Positions 26,799 to 41,987 of a stretch of 64,000 nucleotides of DNA are shown piece by piece. The stretch covers positions 6,448,001 to 6,512,000 of the forward strand of contig JBHGNT010000005.1 of NCBI GenBank assembly GCA_043228905.1. Direction: 5' to 3'. Position 1 is the stretch's first letter. Each line of letters starts with the position of its first letter. Source of the DNA: Azolla caroliniana. Its lineage: Eukaryota; Plantae; Polypodiophyta. The notes below the pieces were generated by a model that was not told the origin of the DNA, searched no databases, and saw only the letters and a list, made by a program, of their open reading frames with translations. The translations under genes were made by a program, and so were the position numbers.

Positions 26799-29700
26799 AT
26801 CAATTTCCTGAACAAACTCTAGACAATTCAATAACATAAAGTTGATATTACTATTGTGTTTCTTGACCTTCCTCCTAGTTGCGTGTTTGGTCGAAGGACA
26901 TTCCCTCTAGTTGCAATGACAAATGGTGCTCAACATGCGTTTTTGCGATGGTTTGCATGCTCCTCCGAAAATGCTCCGATGTGGATCAAGTTGCTCCTTC
27001 AAGCCCAATGCTCAGAGTGAAGACTCTTCTTGATAGGGGATGGTGCCGATGTGTCCATGTTATTGTCAATAACCATAATTATACCTCTTCAATATGTTTA
27101 TTGGAAGTCAGGTTGTTGTGCATAATGCAATTAGATATGAGCACATGATAGTCCCATATTTGAGTAACACAATAGTTCAATACTCACCTGACTAATCGTA
27201 CATAAGTGCGTCTTCAACCTTCGTGCGGTGTTGGATGCATGGCCAAACATGTGTTTTATTTAAATCCTATTTTGTAGCATATCACTATGTCATGGTCCTA
27301 ATGAGTAGAGATACCTTTGTATTACTTGAAATTTTGAATGTTATTGTGGAAGTTAGTAAAAAAGGGAATGCAAATTTTCTAGAAGTGACATTCTAAACCA
27401 TTGATGAGGTAATTCAAAACTAACCACTTGTAGTAAGGGTAATACAAAGCTACCATGTGGCTCTGATTGCTCCCATCTCATGTGTGAGGTTGCAATCTTG
27501 GTTGCCTATGTAATAATAATGGTTGCCAACCACAATCATTTTAAGTTATGTGATGGATATTGAGAACATACCCAAGAATGTGGTGGTCAATGGTCATGTG
27601 CTAGTGCTGATACGATAACACTGTTTGATTTCCATCTATACACCAACAAACACATTAGGTGTCTCTTAAGTGGTTTTTGGATCCAAGGTAGTGTCATGAT
27701 AAACATGTCAATTCACTAACAGCTAGGCATATTGTCAAGGACAATTAAGTGCAACAAGTATGCAAGTAATCACGTAGTTTAATTCGACTTGAATAAAACA
27801 CAATTATTAGGTTGCTATTGCTTGGTTTTTTGAACCATTGTTAATTAGATATGAATCGATCACGATAAGTAGGGGACTGATTCTTTAGTTTTTACAGGGG
27901 ATGGGAGTAATTATTGATCATTTCTATGTCCCATCGATATGGTGATATTTTACTCCCAAAAAGAGTTATGTTAGTGTATTGGTGACGAAAGGCATGGGAG
28001 GAAGAAGGGAGAATGAGAGAGACATACATTTATTGGTACTAACCATTACTGGGCTGTAAAAAATATCAATGTCAAGCTAAGTTTTTCACAGAGCAAACAA
28101 ACTACTTGTATACATGATCTCAAATCACTAAAATCAGGAAAGGTTTTTATAACAAGGAATCAAAGTCAATACTCAACATTTGAACACAACATAGGGGTAC
28201 ATGATTACCACTACATTATCTACATTGTTGCATGCTCAAATTTTAGAATTTTTAGTTGGTATATCTAAACACATTAATTAATTCATGGGGACATTCATAG
28301 GTTTCCAAAAGTTGTGTGACGAGACATTGCTTTGACAATATTATGCCTAAGCAAGTGATGGCAAATAACCTTGTTTTAATACATTATATGCAAATAACAT
28401 TGTTTCTATTGAGCATTCATATCTAATTCACATTCTCCTTATTTTTAGCTTTAACATGACAAAAAGTAAATGTAAAGAAACCTTGCCTTGAATAGAAACT
28501 AGAAAATGTTATGATCTCAAAATTTTAAATGAACTGCTTATTACGAATTTTTTAATGCTAAATCGTTAGTGACAATGACGGATTACATTTAGGTTGACTA
28601 TGTTGGAATACCGCAATTCGAAACATGTCCTATGGTTTGCATTGGATGGGTAGTCCAAATTTTGAAATTCCGAGAAAAAGGTGGAATAAGACACGATCAA
28701 TAAATATAAGAATCAATATATTCTTAGGGAAATGGAGTAGTTTTTTGTGTAAGTACGGAGATCACTCTTGATATCATACTCTGGTAATTCTTTTCCTTCT
28801 CTTGAGCATGAACGGCAATATTATATTAGATAATGAATGAGACATATCAATACCACTAGGGATGGCATAACACCATGCATATTTGCCTTTTAACATGGAA
28901 AGCATTGCCACTTGGTCGACTTTGAATGCAACCATGTCTTTTAAGTCCTAACACTACATATTATCGACCACAGACCTAAACATTTAACAGTACCCTCTTC
29001 TAATTTGTTTTCTTGTTGCTTTGAAGATTATGTTTGTTGTAGCTACCAATTTTATGCACAGAAAATGCTTGCATTCATGAAATATTTCACAATAAATCAT
29101 ACACACGAGTCAAGACCAAAATACAAAAATTTGTACCTTACATTATTCAATATGTATGTTGTACAATTTTTTATGAGAGTTCTAGGACTTTTCAACTAAA
29201 TTTGATTTGTTTTGTAATGAGTGGTTTACATTGTTTGTTGTGTTTACGTTCAAGTACACGAGTTTCATCTTTCTTTGTTACACCCTCATTTGCCTCGTTC
29301 CCTCAAATATTCATCGGAAGGTACCTTGCCAATTTTAAGTTTATATAATTAATCATTCAAGATAATGTGGACAACTAGACAAAAACTTTAACTAAGAGAA
29401 TGAGTATGATACATTAAAACATCAAAAGAAACCTTTTACCAAACAATTATTGCATTCTCTAAAACCAATCATTTGATAATGATTAGTTGAATCAAAATTA
29501 TTTCATGATAATTGTCATTATAAACGTTTCATGAGAATTGAAATAACATGAAAACAATGTTTTCCTTCAATTGCTATGTATTCTTGTCACACGGTTGACT
29601 TTTCTACACCAGAATGCCATTGTATGTATATACCGATATACAAAACATCATCAAATAACCATATTGACAATACATCTTGCCTTATGATGGCGTAACAATG

Positions 29701-30369
29701 ATTTGTTAACTAATACTTTGGATACCCTAACAATATAGTTTTACCTCAATCTATAAATTTTCGTTAATACAACATTTTACATGGATAACATCCACATTTA
29801 TAATCAATTATGCAAAACATGTCTGACATGCATCTTGAGTTCTTTATTCAAAAGAGGACTTAACAAACACCTCATATGTAGGTGCAACTCCATAAACAAC
29901 CTTCCCAATTATACAAAGCCAAGACCAACATGGGACCAAATGATTGACCATGAGTCCTTTAATATGTATTTTCTTTCTTCAATTGATCACGATCACTACT
30001 TGGTACAATTGTTGTATCAACCATATGTTTGAATGAGTTCTTGTACACAACACGATGATCATAGTGGAGCACCACAAGTTGATGGTCACTATGTCATGGC
30101 CTATGTCACGGTTTTCATGAAATTGAGGTCAAATAATACAAAGCCATTTCCATTTTAGGAATGATATAAATTAATTTGACATCTTGATTCTTAACAAATA
30201 TACATTATGAACTTTTGGGCTAGCCAATGCACATACTCATATGAACCTTCTTGAAACCAACATGAAAACAATTTTTTTTTTTAAAACATATTACATTAAC
30301 ATATATTTTTAAACATATTACTTTAGCATGTAGGTACATGTTACAAATTAGCCTCCGCCAAACCATTAG

Positions 30370-30545
30370 AAATCCAAATCCTTTGCTACAATGTAAAACA
30401 TCTCTTGTTTATTCTCAATTGGTTGAGGTGTCATTGATTGTATCTTTATTTAGAAAATATAAATCCAAATCCTCTACTAAACATAAAACATCTCTTGTTC
30501 ATCCTCAATTGGTTGAGGTGTCTTTGAATGTATCTTTATTTAGAA
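30370..30545. repeat. Tandem duplication of ~90 bp
   Basis: AAATCCAAATCCT...GTATCTTTATTTAGAA occurs twice. Confidence 0.8.
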
Positions 30546-32237
30546 CATTTAAGGCTTATCTCTTAGTTCTAATTCAATAAAATTGGGGTTTGTGGTTTGT
30601 AGATATGGTATCTTTCTCTTACTACCAAGAAAGGGGGCTACAAGATTATAAACAAAATTAAGTGGATCATTGGAATGATAGATGCATGGATTAGTAAATG
30701 AAGGTTGCAACGAGCACTACAACTTGACAAAGAATCACTTTGACACCCTAGATTATTATTGGCCAAACAACTTTAAAATACCCTAAACATCGAGAGGGCG
30801 GGAGACAAATGATGAATGCATGAGTTTTTAGGGTTTTACCTCCACTATTCAAGTTGGTGTCTTGCGTCTCTTTCTAGTGCCTTAAGCTTAGATGCTAGAA
30901 ATATGTAACTATAATTTTGTGAAGGGAAATAATGTCATATTCCATTTGAAATATATTACTAATACCCTAATTAACATACACAAGCAACATAGTCATATTG
31001 TGATTTGTGGGGTATTTCCTTTATCAAGCAACAATAGGCAATGCCCAATGGACTTGTAATACATAAGGGACATGATATGGTTTTTAACTTGTATAGAAGA
31101 TTTTTTGGTGCCTCAACTTTGGGGCTACCTTTGGTCCTCATTCACTCACCCTTTACATGCACTAAGAGCCACTTTCCTCTATGTAGCCTTTCGACACTAA
31201 TTAATTGTGATATGCATGTTGTTTACTTAGCAGTTATCTATTTAATTGGGACACCCTGTGTGTTTCTTATCTAGACTTAATCATCTACTTTATTAAAACA
31301 AATGTATTTCTTTATTAGTTTAGTGATTCGTTGTGCATTAATTTTAATTTAGCTTAAGAAGCCTTCAATTATTCTACAGTTGCATGGAGTGGAGAGTAAG
31401 TGTTTTTTTTGTGTTGAGGAATTACATGTCTTTTTTATTGGTTAGGGACGTTTCCCAATCCTTCAATTCGTTCATTGGGAGGAAGGTGATCCCACATGAC
31501 TTGGTAGTAACCCTTGGAAGTGAAATACACCAAGGTATGAGTCATGTTCAATGGTTCCTTAAGGTTTTGAGGAAATTCAATTCATTTGTGGAAATATCTT
31601 TTGATATACATACTTTAATTGTAACTTACAAGCCCTCATCATGGCACTACCGTTTCACTCACTTGTACATATCTTTATAAACTAGCTTTATTATCATTTG
31701 GTCCATATTTATCTTAAATTACAAAATTAGGCTGAATTAATGACTTTCATATCTACCATGCTATGGTCTATCCTTGTATTGGCATGATCCTGAATGCTCT
31801 CCTCAATCTAGCAAAGTTCAAACTTGGGGTAGTCTATGTCATTTGGTAGCTAGTTGATTCTATAACAATGGCAATGATCATTCAATGGAGGTTGATAATG
31901 GGTAGACGATCTCGTTTTTTGCTATAATATGTGTACTAATGGGCATTGTTAGGTATTGATTACTTGAGTGCTTAAATATTGATAGGGGTTAAGAAAACCA
32001 TAGAGGTAAGTGGCACAATATGAAGGAAAGTCAAAACCAATGGATAAAGAATAGTTTGATTAATAAGTAGGAGATAGAATGGTGTGACATGGACTAGGGG
32101 TAACAAATGGTGATCAATATCTAAACTCACTTAATGGTAAATGTAAGATGAGTGAAACTCTACTTGGAGAACAAATAAACTTTGAATAATGAGATAGGTA
32201 TTTCTCTTCTATGTTATTGAGAGTAACTAATGTTTGA

Positions 32238-34450
32238 TGTTAACCCCATTTTCTTGACTTTTTCTAGAGTTATGTAGGGGTCTTCTTCTAGTGTTAAATG
32301 TGTTGAAGAAACTTGTCAAAATTTCTTCCTTGGCAAACTTATAAAATATTCTTCATTTACATATAGTTCTTTACATATAGCTCTATATATAGTCAAGGTT
32401 AATTGCAGTCCAATAGGAATAGACCAAGTCACCTATGACGTAGGTGCATAACTGAACTATAGTTCAAAAACCTTTACTTAAATAAACTAAGGTTCAAAAA
32501 CTTTTCTTTACATGATATTATGTTCTTGTGTCCTTAACATCTCCTTTCAAGTACGTATAAACCTAATTGTTTTTATTTATTTTTTATAAAAGATTTTCTT
32601 CAATAGTATTAAGAATATAACGCCCGAAGGCTACGACTTGAACCTAGTTACCAAGGAGGTTACAACTTTTCCTATACAATGTTGTAAAATACAAGGATGT
32701 TTACATTTGTTGATATTCAAGAAAGAGTCCATGGAAGTCGATATTGCCATTGAGGTTCTTGAGTTGACATTGTAAATAGGGGCACCTTTTTCCATAAGTG
32801 AAGAAGCTTTTTCCTTTTCTTGTTCACAGTATCTGGGGAACCCTGCATATAGTCATATTGGCCACGGACTACTGCCAACAAGTTCTCCCATATCTCAAAC
32901 AACACATCTGAGAGATGAATGTCTACCCCATCATAATGTCGGTTACATCGATATTTCCATAATGCCCATAATGTTATTGTGGTCATAGTTTTCCAAATTT
33001 GGACAGATCGCATCTGCTTGCGAGGTTGCTGGAAGGGACTAACTAATATCAATATTCTATTATGTATTGTCATTGCCTCATGAACATTGTTTGCCTCATA
33101 CAACATCAAGCCAGAGTGTAATACTCCCCACATCGTTGATCCCCATGAGAATAGGAAAACTACATTGATTGTTTGGAATAAAGACATGACTTTCTTCCAT
33201 ACTTGTTGAGCAAAAGAACAAGACCATAGGACATGCTTGGTAGTCTCCTGAGGTTCATGGCAAAAGCCACATTGCCGCAAATTGGGTGCTACATTCCCTT
33301 TCAATGAATGACCAACGGGTAGTGCCATATGCACTAATAACCACCAAAAGAGAATAAATTTAGTTGGCCCCTTGAATGACCATATCCATTTCCAATAGGT
33401 TCTCAAATGCAAAGTGGAAACACCCCAATTGGTCCAATGTTTCTGAGCTGCTAGTATCGTTACATTCTGAGAGAGTAGTAATGATCTTCCAAGTTTTATT
33501 GAGTACTGAAAGAAGGGGACCTTTACGATATTTCCCCCCAAGGAGTATGACCAAAGCTAACCCCCCGGATCCCATGTTAATCTTGCAACAAGATCTTTTG
33601 TGTATAGCCACAAGATATCACACATATGAGCAACTGATGGATAAGGATCAAGGATCCATTTCTTTCCAGTTTTAGCAACCACTCTAACTGGTGCACTTCG
33701 CAAGTCCTGTAGATAACTGCAATCAAAGGTATAAGATTGCAATCTATTGTTGTCTAGGACCTCAAAATAAGAAATGCACCCATTAGGTGAAACACTGTTA
33801 ACAGCCATTAATGTATCATTTGTGAAGCATCCAAACCATAGATGTTCCTGGCTAGGTTGGAAGGTTGTAAAAAACGAAGAATATGTTGTTGATAAGGTGG
33901 ATGTCATTATCTTGGCACCATGAATTGATTGTAGATGTGCAAGTCGATCTTCTTGCGGCATTTGTTGAAAATGAGTCCAAGTTCTTACAGATGTAGCTGG
34001 CCCATTATCCAATTTACCCCAAGCAAGGTGAGTACGCATGCCCAATACTTTTCCTCCATTATCCCGAAATAGAGAATTAGCAAGCATAGGCTAATTAAGT
34101 AATGCATCCCAAGTAGAAGGTTTGTCCTGTAGCAAAAATGATTTAATCGCATCCACGCTCTTATGATTCCAAGCAAAAATCTATTGGATGCATGATTCCT
34201 CCTTGGCGTTTTCATGTCATTCAAGAACAACCAGTTTAGAGAGGGTGACCATGCTCCTCCTGTCTTAGGAGTTAACTCCATTAACTGATAACCTAATTGT
34301 TTTCTAAGCTTAATGAACCTATCCTTAGGCAATGAATTAGTGAGGATGTTAGCTATTTCATTTGTGCTTGTAAGTTGTATCTTTAACATCTTCCCTCAGG
34401 TACATTTTCAAATCATATTTTGCAAATGTGGTATTTTGCATCATAATTTC
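32238..34450 (-). mobile_element. Decayed copia remnant (RNase H C-terminus, PPT, 302-bp 3' LTR 32238-32539) split by a LINE insertion
   Basis: EIANILTNSLPKDRFIKLRKQLG at ~34290-34360. After removing the LINE it continues into PPT GAAAGGAGA and an LTR with TGTTAA...TTAACA ends and a TATA at ~32385. Confidence 0.75.
32574..34289 (-). mobile_element. 5'-truncated LINE (ORF2 C-terminus with zf-RVT), 14-bp TSD AACCTAATTGTTTT
   Basis: YWKWIWSFKGPTKFILFWWLLVHMALPVG...CGFCHEPQETTKHVLWSCSFAQQVW (ORF 32717..33541). A-rich tail at ~32574-32586. TSD at 32560-32573 and 34290-34303. Confidence 0.9.
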
Positions 34451-35105
34451 AATATCAAGGTGCAAATCTTCATTCAAAGAGTTTTCCTATTCTATTGTTG
34501 TTATCAAAGTAAAAACAAGCGGGTATATATGAGAGTGTGATGTTTTGCATTATAATTTCAATATCAAGGTTCATTTGGTTGTGTAACGTGTTTTACGGGT
34601 CAAATTGAAGCAAACCATTGATTTGGCCTACATAAAATGATATTATTTTTCTTGCAAACCATGTGGATTGTTTTGCATTGTCTTAGCAAAAAAGGAATAA
34701 CATCCTTGAAACCAATTTGACACACTTTTGTGGTCGATTGCCAAAGTTCTGCATCAACTTGGACAAGTAAAACCACAATGCAATTGTTTTAGCCCTTGGG
34801 TGAACTATCAACTACCTCCAGAGTATTTAAAGCATAGACGAGTCATCTAAAGCAAACCGAAACATCGTTCACACATAAATGATTGGATACATACCAATCT
34901 GGATCAAACTTGTGATGAGTTTCCATATTGCATTTGTGAAAGGCAATGTATCATCAATCAAAGAAAAGATAGTCTATCACTAATTATAACACTGATGTAA
35001 GAAGATTTAGAAATCTATAGTAAGAAGTGGAAGGCTCAAGGAAGAAGCAAAATAAGAAGGGGGGCGGAGATGTCTTCAAATGATGTCGTAAGGGGACATG
35101 GAAAA

Positions 35106-35710
35106 CGATGACTATTCTCATGGGGATCAACGATGTGGGGAGTGTTACATTCCAACTTCATGTTGTGTGAGACAAACCATGTTCATGAGGCAATGACAAT
35201 ACGTAATAGAAGATTGATATTAGTTAGTCCCTTTCAGCAACCTCGAAAGCAAGTGCGATTTTCCAGATTTGGAAAATAGTGACCACAGTAACGTTATGAG
35301 CATTATGGAAATGTTGATGTAACCGACTTTATGATGTGGCAGACATTCGTCTCTCAGATGTGTTGCTTGAGATATGGGAGAACTTGTTGGCAATAGTCTG
35401 TGGACAGTATGATAATGTGCATGGTTCCCAGAGACTGTGAACAAGAGAAGGGAAAAGCTTCTTCACTTATGGAAAAAGTTGCCCCTGTTTACAATGTCAA
35501 CGCAAGAGCCTCAATTGCACTATCAACTTCCATGGACTCTTTCTTGAATATCAACAAATTCCAACACCTTCTACAAAGTTCAATATTTGGTTTTAGGATT
35601 ATTTTACATCATTGTACATAAAAAGTTGTAACCTTTTGGGCAGACGGGTTCAAGTTGTAGTCTTTGGGCGTTTTTTCTTAATACTATTGAAGAAAATCTT
35701 AATAAAGAAA
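35106..35710 (+). mobile_element. Second, more truncated copy of the same LINE family in opposite orientation, TSD AAGGGGACATG
   Basis: 35112-35700 is the diverged reverse complement of 32590-33153. TSD at 35090-35100 and 35711-35721 (extends to 16 bp with one mismatch). Confidence 0.85.
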
Positions 35711-35779
35711 AAGGGGACATGAAAAATGTGTTTTAGGAAATGCCGAAGGAATAACATTGAACTACTCACTCATATCACA

Positions 35780-36255
35780 CAATGTAGGAATGTATGTATG
35801 TATGTGTAAGTAAGTATGCATGAATGTATGCATGTATGTGTAAGTATGTATGTATGTGTAAGTAAGTAAGTAGGTATGAATGTATGAATGTATGTATGTA
35901 TGTATGTATATATGTATGCATGTATGTTTGTGTGTATGTATGTATGTATGTAGGTACGTATGCATGTACGTGTAGGAAAGAAGAAGATGAAATAGTAATA
36001 AGTTTATAAATTATAACATAAAGAGTTCAGACAATGAGAGTTTGGATTTGCTACAATGAGACAGACACGTGCAAAAATGATTGGAGGGAGGAGGAGGAGC
36101 GGAGATGGCGTGGCAAACGGAGAGCTGTTGTTGGATTCTATTACATTAACATACATTATACATAATACATTAGATTACATTAGTCAATGCTCTGAATTTT
36201 GTTCATTGAATGCTCTGACTTTTGTTTTGTTTTTCCAGGCCTCTCTGTTAAATGC

Positions 36256-36289
<34 letters not shown>

Positions 36290-36404
36290 GTAGTATGCAT
36301 GATTCCTTTGTTTTCTGTGTGGCATTGCGGGATAAAAAAATCTTCCTTCGTAGCCTTAAAATCTTTGCCTCCCATACGCAATCCAGAGACATACATACAT
36401 ATAC

Positions 36405-36435
<31 letters not shown>

Positions 36436-36564
36436 TGTATAGAGAGACAATAGAGACAGAGAGAGGCAGCAGGGGAGGGAAAGAGTATTATATCTTTGGA
36501 TCTCTTGGCCATTTTATTTTGCTCATATAAGAAAAAGCAGAGACAGAGACTACTCTTAACGTAC

Positions 36565-36621
<57 letters not shown>

Positions 36622-36900
36622 TGTGTGTGTGTCTCAATGTCATGATTATGTTATCATGCATAAATGAATATAGTTTGTGTTAGTCAAATAAATAAATAAA
36701 TAATATATATATACATACGTATATACGTATGTGTGTGTGCATTGTGTATGTATGTATGTATGTATGCATGCATGCATGCATGCATGTGTGTGTGTGTGTT
36801 ATAAAAGTGTATGTAGGAACGATTGATTATATGCATATGTATATGCATGTGTGTCCAATGTGTATGTGTTTGTCTTCGTGTAACATTGGTTTGTGACTTT

Positions 36901-36968
<68 letters not shown>

Positions 36969-36970
36969 AT
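35780..36970. repeat. Microsatellite-rich tract: (GTAT)n, (TTA)n, (GT)n(GA)n
   Basis: Directly visible. Confidence 0.9.
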
Positions 36971-39042
36971 ATGGGCATTGATATTGTAAAGCCTCAAACA
37001 TCACAAAGTAGTAGGTCACCATAAAAACTCTCAACTTAGGGATGTACATAATTGGAGATGCTCTAGAGCGTAAGAGTTGTGTGTGTGTACATATGAAGAT
37101 CCACTCGTGATAGCATTATACACTACCATATAAGAGAAGAGGAATTTGGATTAAAGTTTGAGTTACATAGAGACTTTGATCTTCAACTAGACAGAGATTT
37201 GGATTGATTTGATGCTCTTGAGTCGTCACTTCGATTCCTACATCATACTCATGCAACTCGAGGACATAATGGAAGACGAAAATACAGATTAATTAATATG
37301 AAGTCTCACATACTAGAAAGAGGGAGGGAGACTCTTTGATCGATGGGATGCCCTCAAATCCTAAGTACTCATGAGACTCCAATTTTTAGAGATTTATTGA
37401 AACATGGAGATTAGTGTGAGATGTTGTTGGACACAATTCTCATAGATTTGAAAATTTTGAACATAAACTTCTAATCAAGCCCATGTCATGATGATTTACG
37501 TCAACCAAAATTTCTTGGCTTTGGACCTACTAAGTGCAATTTACGAATAGCAATTATGTTTCTCTCTACCCAAGACTCCTTAAACTTTTGAGTATGATTT
37601 TCTCTTGTGCAATACTATCTATGTCCTTAATTAGCACTAACCATGTGCATGTTTGTTTAATTAACATTCATCCATGTACATGATCAACATGTTATGTTCG
37701 ACAAGCATGATTAAGACAACATCTGGAAACTCAACTAATAGCTGAAAATTCCACAACACCTTGGTCCCATATACTTATATTAGGGGCTAGATATTTTGGT
37801 TGACCCAAGTGAGGCAATTTGTGTGGCTGAGCTACCCTTTCTTATTCTTGAATCTTACAATATTGTTATGAAGGACCAAGGTACCACTATTAGTCAACTA
37901 TGCCCTAGAAAGACTTTAAGATACAAAGTTTAAAACATGTACATGATCATGCCATACTACTTATAAGTTTTGCTCAAAATTTTCATGGCATAAGGTTGTT
38001 GTATATTTTGGGGCAAAACATTTTGATATTTTTTTGCAATTTACAAACGATTTTAGTTGCATAACAAATGGGTTTGTTATGTGTCACGATGTGGACTCCT
38101 TTTATACACTAGTAGGGAGTCTAATGTATATCAATGCACGTGGCAACCATGAATAATCACCGAAAACTTTTCATGGATAGATATTACAAGCTTAAAACAC
38201 ACATCTAATTCTCACACATTCACATACATTTATGGTAATAAATTTATATGTGTGTGAAAGTATTGATGTTGTCACCCACGAAGTTAATATATTGGTGGGA
38301 GCCTAGAGATAAACATGCATAATTTCATCATTCTCACACGTTTCTAATTAATTATAAGGTCACCGAATGTTATGCCATCATTGTACCTTCATATATCTGT
38401 TAGTGCAACCTTGATTAGGACAACACATGAAGGCGTATATCAAACTCGACTCTAATTTGTCATGGACAATGTTGTCTATTTTCAATAGCGATGTCGTTAT
38501 TTCAATAAAGGGCAATGCATGTTTGAAACAAGAATAAGTGAATGCTCACCTTACCTAAAAAGAGAACAATGAATGTTGCAATCAATAAGCAAGACCATTG
38601 ACCTACCATGCAATAGGTGAAAATTTGAAACTTAGATAAGTAAGCCATCTCATCATCCCACGACTAATTTCAATAAATGTTTGCCTCACCTAAAGTCTCC
38701 AATTAATGCCAAAACAAGGAAGTCATGAAATACTCCTACATTAGAAAGCTATGAGGACATCATCTTATTTAGGGGATTCTTGTAAGCATGATATATTGCC
38801 TACTGCAACAATTTGCCATTATTATTGAGCATCTTTCTCAAAATAGCAACGTGGAGGGTCTCGAGATATGGTAGACTCATATTTAAAATGATAATAATAG
38901 TTCTTTTTGTAGATCTATTAAAAGATGTCAACGATCATGATCCCAATCTTCATTAACCTTGTTTCCCATTGAGTTATGAACTTTGCAACCTAACCTCTTA
39001 TAGGCTATACATCAAATGATTATTAATGTATCGATGAGCATG

Positions 39043-39370
39043 TGTAGCTAATGTATATAAAATAAGCATTGTTCATGTCTCCATGTGTAGTAACATGAAA
39101 TTTCACACTACATGAAAAGAGGCTAATTGATGCTATGCCAAGGAAGTATGGAAGCGATCTCTAGCTAATATGTGTAATGTAAGTATTATTCATGTCTCAA
39201 TGGGTAGCAATACTACATCAAAAGAGGCCAATTGATGCTATAAGCTTGAAGTGAGTGCGGAATTGTTTTCTAACTAATGTGCGTAATGTTAAGTACTATT
39301 CATGTCTCAATGGGTAGTCATATAAAAGCTATAGGTCAATCGGTGCTATGGGCCATGGCAAGGAAGTGAA
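39043..39370. repeat. Degenerate tandem repeat, ~3 x 110-120 bp
   Basis: TAGCTAAT...TTCATGTCTC(C/A)ATG...GAGGC(T/C)AATTGATGCTAT recurs three times. Confidence 0.7.
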
Positions 39371-41931
39371 TTTGTAACCCTACAATAAAAAAATATAAAT
39401 CATTGTAGGGAGGTCATATGTATAATGTAAATATTCCCCATACAACATTTTAAAGGAGAAGGAGCATGTGTAGCTGAACTACATACATAAAAAAAGGTTA
39501 ATTGTGTTCGTGGTGGTTTATTATAGGCCGAAAGGCTACAAAGGACACATAAATTTGTAGATCGTAGCCCTAGTAACTAGAGGTGGTCATGAGCTTGTTA
39601 TATGTTGGTACAATTGTTGGTACAATGCCAATATTAGATTAGTGACACTCCATGTTACATATTATTATTAATGCACCAAAAGGTTTGTATTCAAGACGTC
39701 AATATATCGATATGGCACAATAGTACTAATACTATTAAAATTGAAACCAATGCCAATGTGTATGTGTCAAAATGCTATGTAACAAAGAAAGACCTATGCA
39801 AAGAAGGCATACATGCAATCAAGACTCATGAAAGTGTGGACGTCCTACCTTAAAAAAAGTAAATTAATGACATTGAATAGGGCATTTTATAAAATCTATG
39901 TTTGTAGTTTATGTATCCATACAAGATACTATATATGGACATGAGAATGCCACTTTTGTGCACTTTCGATGTTTTGATATGTATTTCGATTGAATATGGT
40001 TGCTTGATGAATGGAAGATATAGAGTGCTTAGTGGAACCAAACTATATGAAAAGAATAGTGTGCTGGTTATTGGATTAGAAAAATATACGAGCACATCAT
40101 ATAAATGTGTTATTAGTATATACATCTGCATATATGATATGCGTATAAAACCACAAGTTATTATCCTCACATAATTAAAATAGGCCATACACAATAAAAG
40201 GTCTTTGTCAATTCATTATACATTCACAAGTTATTATCCTTTTATAATTTGAATAGGTCGTATATTCCAATAAAAGCCCTTATAATGATATGGATCATCA
40301 TCACTTGGCGACAACCACTAGCTCAAAATCTAGTGGATTTTTTTTCTTTCCAAAAAAGGCATTGCTTTCCCATTAGTTAGGAGAAACATCTAGGGGGTTC
40401 GATCTTCTCATCTTGATGTATGAGTTTGAAACTTTAATAGTGCTATAATGTAGTGCAGAAAGAATGCATCAATTGTCTCAATTAAGGCATGCATAAGTGT
40501 TAGTAAAAGTATCTTCCTAGCTAATTCTTGAGTGCCATGTTGTTGCTTCCAAATTCATTGTTCTCTTATATGTTTTGTCAATATGCAATGCACATGTTTT
40601 GGTTGTTCAAATCTATTGATGCTATGTTGTCCAACTTCGACTATCTATCATCCATGATAGGTAGGTATACTATGTATGAACATACGAAACCCTACAATTG
40701 TCTCGACAATTCAAAAGCTTGAATGTGGTGATACAATGCCTTGAGAGTTTGGAATTGACATCTGTGGGGTGATTCTAAACTAGGTAATAACAATTGTCAT
40801 TTAATGTTCCTAAAATAGGTACTTTTAAAAATGCACTTATAAGTTTTTTAATAAAAGGGAACCTTCGTCCTTGAATACCATGTGAGATATATGTGTGTGT
40901 GTGTGTGTGTGTAGGTGGTTTACATATAATAGCCCCCTTAGGAAATTTGAAGTGTATTTAACTTAATTGATGTAGGACCACAATATTGGTTCCTAACCTA
41001 ATGACATAATGCAATATACATAAACCGGATGAATGATTTAGTTGTCAGTGCCAATAAGAGTTAATAGTATTAAACTCAACATTGGGCAATTGTGAAGAAA
41101 GTAAATTATATGATATTTAGCACGATTAATTATTTTTCTTATGTAATTTGAGTTATTCTTGTGTGATGCTTAGTGATAGGGGAATCATTGTCAAGTTCAA
41201 TTTTGAGGAGTTTGTGTAGTGATAAGAAGGTTGGGTTTAACATCCCACGACCTGTCCTAACACATTGTTTAAGTATGTGTGTCTATGCCACATGGATACA
41301 CTTTGGAGGATTAGAGTTAATGACACATTAGGCCACAACTCTTGGTGGTTGTTGAGTTGCCTAAATAATACGACAAAGTAGAACAACATGATTAGAATAC
41401 TTCAATTTATTTATTAACTTTTGTCTTGTATATGTATAGTGCATCCCCTAATTTTGGGATTGTATGTGCTCTTTCTCTCTCTCTCTCTAGTAAACGTATA
41501 GTAACTTGTTAACCCTAGTTCTAGTCATTCATACACAAATATCTTACGAAACCAACTTGTAGTACAATATATTTAACTCACATTGCTAGTCATTCATAAC
41601 ATAAATCATTCAATATCTTGCAAAACCTCCTAGTAAATGTTGAGAAAAGGTCATAAGGAATAGATGGCTGTTGACCACTAGATACCTATGTACTTAAACA
41701 TAATATAGGTGATGACATCAACAATGTGGCAATAAAAGCGTCGGAAGTGTTTTTAAGTCACTATCTTTTAATCGAGGGGATAGTTATTACACGACTTGAC
41801 ATATGCGAATTAGCTCGATAGGTTGACATGGAATGCATGGGGCTTCTGACGTTCTCTTTGTATTCTAATTGTACTGATTGTTCCCACACTTGAGGCTCCT
41901 TCTCTAACACTCAGAACTAATTAATTGGCTT

Positions 41932-41987
<56 letters not shown>

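Noticed and set aside
37400-39000. Ancient gypsy pol remnant (ILVDPSEAI-like at ~37795); similar hints at 28700-30100 on minus
   Set aside because: Too decayed to support boundaries or a call without a search.
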